From NCBI GenBank assembly GCA_963676355.1, contig OY781093.1, positions 2,195,455 through 2,259,454 on the forward strand: DNA of 64,000 bases, read 5' to 3'. Origin of the DNA: Christensenellaceae bacterium. GTDB lineage: Bacteria; Bacillota; Clostridia; Christensenellales; UMGS416. A program made the position numbers and the translations under genes. This document shows positions 58,423 to 64,000 of the stretch, in pieces (positions within the stretch are counted from its first letter, which is position 1; every line of letters begins with the position of its first letter). Below the pieces are notes generated by a model. It was not told the DNA's origin. It ran no database searches and was given only the letters and a program-made list of their open reading frames with translations.

Positions 58423-59370
58423 TCAGTTTCTGTTATTATCTCTTAAAATTTGTGCAATTATATCATCGGGATCTTCAGCTTGCACTTCATTAAACGACGA
58501 TGGTTGCTGCTGAGGCTGTTCAACCTCGTCATCTTCATCATCAGGCATTTCAAATGCAAAAGATATTCCGCTTGATTCAGGCTCTGGTTCATGAGTTTTT
58601 TCAAATGGCTGGGTGTCTCCAATATCCATTGGTTCATAAGCAGGCGGCTGAATGTCTGCTTCTTGCTGCTTTTTAAATGTATTCTCGCCCAAATTTATAG
58701 CGTCTATTTCACCCAAGATATCCCTATCAGCAGGAATCTTAGGAGATACTCTCCTTGTTATACCCGAAAAAGAAATAGAAGGTATGTCATTATCCTCTTT
58801 CACAAGTTCTGCCTGTCTCACTGGAGGTGTTTGTCTTGCCGGAGGTTCCGGACTTGCTTGCAAAGGTTGATTTGCAATTGTTGAAGGTGCTTTATACACT
58901 GAATTCTGCGCAGGGCTTGACATGTCATCCAAAACAGCAAGCTGCTTTTGATACATTTCTCTTAGTGTCTGCCTAAGTCTATCCACAGTAACATCATTTA
59001 TCTGTGATGAAGGTTGTGTGGAAGCCATAGGTGCAGATGCAGCAGCTTTTTCTGCCTGAATTTTCTCCGCCTGCAAAATTAACGCATGTGCTTTTTGTCT
59101 GGCAGCTTCAATGATTCTGTCCGCCTCCATCTGAGCATTTGCAATAATCGCATAAGCTTCTTCCTGTGAGTTGCCATCATTTGGTTCAGGCATCGCAGGA
59201 GCTCCACTTTCAAGTTCTTCAATTCTCTTTTTAAGTTCTTGTATCTCTTTATTATTATTTACAGCTTCATCATAAATGTCATCCAGAAAATCATCAACTT
59301 CATCAGTGTTATAGCCTCTGAAACTCTGGCTGAAGGTTATTTCATTAATATTTCTGATATCAATAGCCAT
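58423..59370 (-). CDS. divIVA: DivIVA domain protein with a long low-complexity acidic/Pro-Gln tail
   Basis: N-terminus FSQSFRGYNTDEVDDFLDDI followed by a coiled coil. Confidence 0.85.
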   Translation of the reverse strand: MAIDIRNINEITFSQSFRGYNTDEVDDFLDDIYDEAVNNNKEIQELKKRIEELESGAPAMPEPNDGNSQEEAYAIIANAQMEADRIIEAARQKAHALILQAEKIQAEKAAASAPMASTQPSSQINDVTVDRLRQTLREMYQKQLAVLDDMSSPAQNSVYKAPSTIANQPLQASPEPPARQTPPVRQAELVKEDNDIPSISFSGITRRVSPKIPADRDILGEIDAINLGENTFKKQQEADIQPPAYEPMDIGDTQPFEKTHEPEPESSGISFAFEMPDDEDDEVEQPQQQPSSFNEVQAEDPDDIIAQILRDNNRN

Positions 59371-59384
59371 TTTCTCCCCCTAAG

Positions 59385-59669
59385 TTATAATATAGCTTGC
59401 CAAAGTACGACCAAAAGTACATTTAACATTCTTATTAAAATTATAGCAATAATTGGTGAAAAATCCAATGGTATTGAAGATTTTGCCATTAATGGACGCA
59501 TTAAATTTCTAATAGGGTTCAGAATTGGTGCACACAAAAACTCTAAAAATTGTCTCACAGAGTGATTGGGTGGCAAAATCCACGAAAGAATAATATTTAT
59601 AATTATTATTACCGAATAAGTTGATAATAATAAATTCGTCAGTGTTACTACAATGTTTGTCAAAACCAT
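59385..59669 (-). CDS. yggT: YggT family membrane protein
   Basis: 94 aa, 2-3 TM, conserved position between sepF and divIVA. Confidence 0.8.
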   Translation of the reverse strand: MVLTNIVVTLTNLLLSTYSVIIIINIILSWILPPNHSVRQFLEFLCAPILNPIRNLMRPLMAKSSIPLDFSPIIAIILIRMLNVLLVVLWQAIL

Positions 59670-59676
59670 GTCCTAT

Positions 59677-60258
59677 CTACTCCGGTCTTCTCGGAAGATT
59701 AAAATAATTTTTTCCCTTTATGCTTCCTGGTAGTGCAGATGTAAAGTTGCCCGAAATATCCACACCTTTTGGTGCAAGCAAAAAAATTCCTTTGGACACT
59801 TTTCTTACACTTCCATCAAGTGCATAGATAGCACCGCTTATAAAATCAAGCACGCGCTGAGCTACATCTACATTCAGATTTTCAAGATTTACTATGACCG
59901 GTTTTCTTGTTTTTAGATTATCAATAATTGTTTGTGTATCCTCATAAGTTTGAGGCTGAAATACGACCATGCGCACCGAATCTGCCGACACACTACCAGC
60001 TCCCATCTCAGATGCTGTGTTTCTTCCTTCGTCATATGTTCTTCTGCTACCTAAACTAGACGGTGCAGTGCTCCGCCTTGTATTGTCACGCTCACGTGTG
60101 CTTTCTCCACGATCACGAGTTGATTTGATGTTAGTTGTAGAATAAGGTCTTGCCTCATGCTCCGATTCAGGAAAAGAATCCAGTCCGTAATCATCCGGCT
60201 CTTCTTTTGCTTCGGCTCCTATAAACACTAACAGTTTATCGAGGAAATTCCCCGCCAT
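59677..60258 (-). CDS. sepF: Cell division protein SepF
   Basis: N-terminal amphipathic MAGNFLDKLLVFIG, a disordered linker, and a C-terminal SepF core (VVFQPQTYEDTQTIIDNLKTRKPVIVNL). Confidence 0.9.
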   Translation of the reverse strand: MAGNFLDKLLVFIGAEAKEEPDDYGLDSFPESEHEARPYSTTNIKSTRDRGESTRERDNTRRSTAPSSLGSRRTYDEGRNTASEMGAGSVSADSVRMVVFQPQTYEDTQTIIDNLKTRKPVIVNLENLNVDVAQRVLDFISGAIYALDGSVRKVSKGIFLLAPKGVDISGNFTSALPGSIKGKNYFNLPRRPE

Positions 60259-60270
60259 TTTATCGTCCTC

Positions 60271-60951
60271 CTATGCTCTTTCGCCAAAAATTGCGCTACC
60301 TATGCGCACAACATTAGCCCCTTGCTTAATTGCGTCCTCATAATCACCCGACATTCCCATCGAAAGATATTGCATATTAAATCCAGCGCCAATCATGTCA
60401 TCATATATCTTTTTTACTGCTGCAAAATCTCTTATCGTTTCATCTCTAGTATTGGAAAATGGCGGCATACACATAAGTCCGCTCACATTAAGAGCTTTAA
60501 GTTCTGACAATACAGTTATAAAATTTTCTGTTTCTTCGGGCATAACACCGCCTTTTTGCGGTTCTTTGCCTATATTTATCTGAACCAAAACCTTAAGTTT
60601 TAGTTTTTCTCTTTCCAAACGTTTGTTTAATTCTTTTGCAAGAGACAGTCTGTCCAATGAATGCAGCATACAGATATCTCTGAAAATGTATTTTACCTTA
60701 TTTGTCTGTAATTGTCCAATAAAATGCCAATTGATGTCCTCTGGCATATCCTTTTTATCTCTGAACTCCTGAACGTAGTTTTCACCAAAGTCACAAAGCC
60801 CAGATTCTATGGCTTGTCTTATCCTATCCTGCCCCACTCTTTTTGTTACGCCCAAAAGAGTAATGTCGCTTTCAGCAACTCCAGCTGCAGATGCAGCCAT
60901 TTTAATTTTATTGCGAACTTCAATAATATTTTGTGAAATTTGATTACTCAT
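60271..60951 (-). CDS. yggS: YggS family pyridoxal-phosphate homeostasis protein
   Basis: 226 aa with LLGVTKRV (PLP lysine), HFIGQLQTNK and SMGMSGDYE motifs. Confidence 0.9.
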   Translation of the reverse strand: MSNQISQNIIEVRNKIKMAASAAGVAESDITLLGVTKRVGQDRIRQAIESGLCDFGENYVQEFRDKKDMPEDINWHFIGQLQTNKVKYIFRDICMLHSLDRLSLAKELNKRLEREKLKLKVLVQINIGKEPQKGGVMPEETENFITVLSELKALNVSGLMCMPPFSNTRDETIRDFAAVKKIYDDMIGAGFNMQYLSMGMSGDYEDAIKQGANVVRIGSAIFGERA

Positions 60952-62180
60952 GGTTTTTTAAGCTTTTGGCCTTCCTCCAGCTTAACCTGTGAATCTGCTG
61001 TTGGCTCAACTATTGCTTCCATATAGTTTTGAGCTATCACATTTACAGGTACAAAAGTGGACGTCTTATCAGCATTTTTTATCAAAACTCCAGGTTGTGG
61101 CCCTTGTTGGGTGAGATAATCAATGGGTATTTTGTAGCCCTCATTACTTCGTCCCAAGTTTCCACTTACTATTCTAAGCGATGCCATTGGGCCTATATCA
61201 CTGCTAAATTCCAATACCACAATCGCTTCTTTACCGTAAGGTCTCACATCTTTTACGAATACATTTGAAAGAGTGTGTCCATAATTTTCAAATGTGATGT
61301 CACAAGTGCCGCCTTTAAGCAAAGTATTCTTGCTTCGTGCAATCTTAATTACAGCAAACCAATGATTGGGTTGTATAATTCTATATATTGGTTGCTCCGC
61401 TGCTACAACCGATCCTTCATTTATGTTTGATTTTACTGTGGCATTAAGTATTTCTTCTTCAATAAGGTAGTAATCATCAATGCTTATAGATTCTACGCGC
61501 TCTTGTGTAAGCCTCTCTTCCAATCCATCTATATAAAAGCTTATTATTCCTGGCGCGGGTGCGTAAAGCCTTGTAATATCACTTTCGATATTTTCAATCA
61601 TAACATCTTCGCGCATAAACTTTGCTTCCAGTGTGCCATCTTTATGAAGTGTATCATTCATATATACGCGTTTTTCTTCCATGACCTCTGCAAGCATGCG
61701 CTCCTTTGCAGGCAAAGTTCTAGTGTCACCTTTTCTTATTAGCCCAGATATTTCATCAACTAGAGAATTGATTTTAAAGTCCAAGTCCACTATTTCTTTA
61801 TGGACAACATTTTTCATTATGTTTTCTTCTTGATAGTTTTTGATTTCCTGTCTTACATCAACAAGCGTATCATAATCTTCCTCAGAAAAATCAGTCTTAT
61901 ATAAAAGTGCAATTTCAGCTTCCTGAGCAACATACTCCCCTTCGGCCACTACGTTTTCAAATTTGCCGTATTCTGATGCATATATTACACGCTCAGATCT
62001 TATAATTACTGCCGTAACTTCCTGATCTGTTGATAGCTTTCCCCATTCAACAACAGGCGGAGCAAAATATCTAACTATTGCTATGACTATCCATGCAATC
62101 AATGCAAGAAAAAAAGCCAAAAATAGATAGAATCTTGGTTTTATGACTACTCTTTTGTTTTTTCTGTAAGCTGCGCTCAA
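60948..62180 (-). CDS. Membrane-anchored HlyD-like (barrel-sandwich/coiled-coil) protein, function unknown
   Basis: TTG start 5 nt after GAGGGA. N-terminal TM helix followed by beta-rich and coiled segments. ATGA overlap with yggS. Confidence 0.4.
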   Translation of the reverse strand: MSAAYRKNKRVVIKPRFYLFLAFFLALIAWIVIAIVRYFAPPVVEWGKLSTDQEVTAVIIRSERVIYASEYGKFENVVAEGEYVAQEAEIALLYKTDFSEEDYDTLVDVRQEIKNYQEENIMKNVVHKEIVDLDFKINSLVDEISGLIRKGDTRTLPAKERMLAEVMEEKRVYMNDTLHKDGTLEAKFMREDVMIENIESDITRLYAPAPGIISFYIDGLEERLTQERVESISIDDYYLIEEEILNATVKSNINEGSVVAAEQPIYRIIQPNHWFAVIKIARSKNTLLKGGTCDITFENYGHTLSNVFVKDVRPYGKEAIVVLEFSSDIGPMASLRIVSGNLGRSNEGYKIPIDYLTQQGPQPGVLIKNADKTSTFVPVNVIAQNYMEAIVEPTADSQVKLEEGQKLKKP

Positions 62181-62209
62181 AAATATCCCTCGAATTTATT
62201 TTTCAACTA

Positions 62210-62238
62210 ATTATAAGCAAAATAGCATATAATATCAA
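62210..62238 (-). promoter_or_regulatory. Sigma-A type promoter for the HlyD-like/yggS/sepF/yggT/divIVA block
   Basis: Minus strand TTGATA, 17 nt, TATAAT. Confidence 0.5.
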
Positions 62239-62308
62239 TGATAATAAATGCCGAAGGCGAAAAATTTAAGTAATATTCAAATTTGCGTGACAAAACAGAT
62301 TATATAAG

Positions 62309-62725
62309 TTAAACACTAATTACCACAGACACGCTGTTTCCTACATCATTATATGCAACATTGTCACAAAGTGCTCTTACAAGCTTTATCCCCCTGCCAC
62401 TGTTGTCATATATGTTTTGAGTTTTTTCACTTTCAATCTCACTGTGGCTAAATCCATATCCGTAATCTTCTACAACAAATTTTATTTTGTCATTATTAAA
62501 CTCATCATCAAAAAAGACATCTACATGACCGCCCTTATTGCTGTGCTCAAAAGCGTTCATTATAAGCTCAGAAAGAACGAGTCTCACATCGAAAAACTTT
62601 TCTTCGCTTAATTGATATTTCCCTTGAACTTCATCTAAAAGATTAGATATAGTGGGTTTCATTTTGTTAATGTTTTCAACTTTATAATGCATCATATCAC
62701 ATACTTTATTTATTAGATTTTTCAT
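62309..62725 (-). CDS. GHKL-type anti-sigma serine kinase (RsbW/SpoIIAB-like) with intact ATP-binding boxes
   Basis: N-box ELIMNAFEH, G1 EDYGYGF, G2 GRGIKL. Confidence 0.7.
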   Translation of the reverse strand: MKNLINKVCDMMHYKVENINKMKPTISNLLDEVQGKYQLSEEKFFDVRLVLSELIMNAFEHSNKGGHVDVFFDDEFNNDKIKFVVEDYGYGFSHSEIESEKTQNIYDNSGRGIKLVRALCDNVAYNDVGNSVSVVISV

Positions 62726-62769
62726 GTTATTAATATAAACAAATTACTTTTGGTTTAAACATTTTTAGC

Positions 62770-63516
62770 CTAATTTCTAATAACTTTTCTCATTTTCTCC
62801 AAGGCTCTTTTTTCAGCTCTTGAAACATACATCTGAGACACCTCAAGTTTTTTTGCTATCGACTGCTGGCTTCTATTGTTAAAAAAGCGCTCCAATATAA
62901 CGTATCTTTCTTTTTCATCCAGCACCTCAAGCGAAATTTTTAAAAGCTCTCGGTTTTCAACCATCTCATATCCTTTTTCGTGACCACCTAAAAGATTGTC
63001 CGCAGAAGGATGATCTTCATCGTTTGTAAAAGCATCAATTGATGCGATGTTGAGATTGTTTGATATTTCCATTAGCTCCAGAACATTTTCTTCTTCCAAG
63101 CCCATTTTTTCAGCTATTTGCTTTGTTGTGGGTGCTTTTTCAAGCTCCAAAGAAAGCTCATTTACAGCGAGCTTCATTCTTCTTATATCTTCCTTATTTC
63201 TTCTGGATATTTTAACTTTTTGATTATGGTCTCTGAAATAATTTTTTATTTCACCTACAATCGTAGGAACCGCAAAGCTTTGAAACTTAATACCTCTTCT
63301 AACATCAAATCTTCCTATAGCTTTAAGAAGCGACATAGAAGCCACCTGAACTAAATCATCCAGTTCTACTCCTCTGCCAACAAAACGCCTTGCAATTAAT
63401 GATGGGATATTATTATAATTTTCGAATATTTTATTTCGAATTTCAACTGAACCACTTTTTTGGTACTCTATAAAATATGAATCAATCTGTTCTTGTGATA
63501 AAGAATTGCTTTCCAA
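62770..63516 (-). CDS. Sigma-70 family sigma factor, SigB/SigF/SigG subgroup
   Basis: Region 2 (DDLVQVASMSLLKAIGRFD, FQSFAVPTIVGEIKNYFRD) and region 4 HTH (SQQSIAKKLEVSQMYVSRAEKRAL). Confidence 0.85.
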   Translation of the reverse strand: MESNSLSQEQIDSYFIEYQKSGSVEIRNKIFENYNNIPSLIARRFVGRGVELDDLVQVASMSLLKAIGRFDVRRGIKFQSFAVPTIVGEIKNYFRDHNQKVKISRRNKEDIRRMKLAVNELSLELEKAPTTKQIAEKMGLEEENVLELMEISNNLNIASIDAFTNDEDHPSADNLLGGHEKGYEMVENRELLKISLEVLDEKERYVILERFFNNRSQQSIAKKLEVSQMYVSRAEKRALEKMRKVIRN

Positions 63517-63520
63517 AACT

Positions 63521-63916
63521 CTACCTCTGCATATTCTTTATTAATCTAATATTATTTACCGCTTCGCCTTCTTGGGAAAAAAAGGATTCGTCAGCCAATG
63601 CTTCAATCAAATATCTGCTCAAAGAACAGTCATCTTGCTTTATTTCAACTTTCTGAGCTTCGCCCTGCACCCCGGAAACATCAACAATTATTGACTCCTT
63701 CTCATTTGTTATCTCAATTTTTATCTCACTTGATTTTTCTTCATTTAAAATTATAAGAAGAGATTCAGCAACCGCCGTCTTTATGTCCTCAACATCATTT
63801 ACATCAAATCCCATGCGGGATGCAACGGAACTTACAGTCAACCTTGCGGTTAAAAAATAATCAGGCTTTGCCGGTATAATTAATGAAACTAATTCACTCA
63901 TTTGTTTCTCCGTCAA
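63521..63916 (-). CDS. SpoIIAB/RsbW-like anti-sigma protein with degenerate kinase motifs
   Basis: Collinear with the SpoIIAB N-terminal half (ARLTVSSVASRMGF..DVEDIKTAVAESLLIIL). However, it lacks the N-box Asn/His and the DxGxG box, and is only 131 aa. Confidence 0.55.
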   Translation of the reverse strand: MTEKQMSELVSLIIPAKPDYFLTARLTVSSVASRMGFDVNDVEDIKTAVAESLLIILNEEKSSEIKIEITNEKESIIVDVSGVQGEAQKVEIKQDDCSLSRYLIEALADESFFSQEGEAVNNIRLIKNMQR

Positions 63917-64000
63917 TATTGAAAATTGTATTTAATCCTGTTATGAAAAATACTTTCTTAATGTGTGACTTCAATCCGTTTATTGTTATTGTTCCATAAT

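Overview
This is a low-GC Firmicutes (Clostridia-type) chromosomal segment with about 60 genes, nearly all on the minus strand; only 38.0-43.3 kb is plus-strand. Most of it is conserved housekeeping DNA. In coordinate order: an ABC-2 transporter (ATPase, permease, GldG-like); recN-argR-nadK-tlyA-dxs; ispA-xseB-xseA-folD-nusB; an asp23/amaP stress cluster; efp and pepP; nrdR; tyrS; rph-rdgB-glpP; a complete PyrR-attenuated pyrimidine operon (pyrR-pyrP-pyrB-pyrC-pyrF-carA-carB-pyrK-pyrD-pyrE); and the tail of the division cluster (lspA-rluD, divIVA, yggT, sepF, yggS).

The parts worth a second look:
1. A GC-rich non-coding stretch of about 580 nt with its own consensus promoter lies between ispA/DUF212 and a 4-TM protein overlapping dxs. 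I interpret it as an OLE RNA / oapA locus.
2. A 44-aa SCIFF precursor missed by the ORF track sits in front of its radical-SAM/SPASM maturase, with a hairpin between them.
3. A GC-richer islet at 34.0-38.0 kb carries an Lnu/ANT(2'')-like nucleotidyltransferase, a LexA-box-controlled Y-family polymerase coupled to an unknown 87-aa ORF, and a Vga/Lsa-type ARE ABC-F with a long structured leader and no canonical start codon.
4. A solitary, very AT-rich gene next to pyrE encodes an N-terminal SEC-C zinc motif and a C-terminal RNxxxH (HEPN-like) motif. It is a candidate single-gene defence or toxin module.
5. Three orphan polytopic membrane proteins are interleaved with rph/rdgB/glpP.
6. A SigB/F/G-family sigma factor is flanked by a degenerate and an intact GHKL anti-sigma paralogue.
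7. A PadR-regulated lipoprotein fuses an HExxH protease-like domain to a DJ-1/PfpI domain, next to a tRNA-Val with a nearby 12-nt copy of its T-arm.

I saw no CRISPR array, rRNA, transposase or integrase. All homology calls come from reading motifs by eye; no searches were run.
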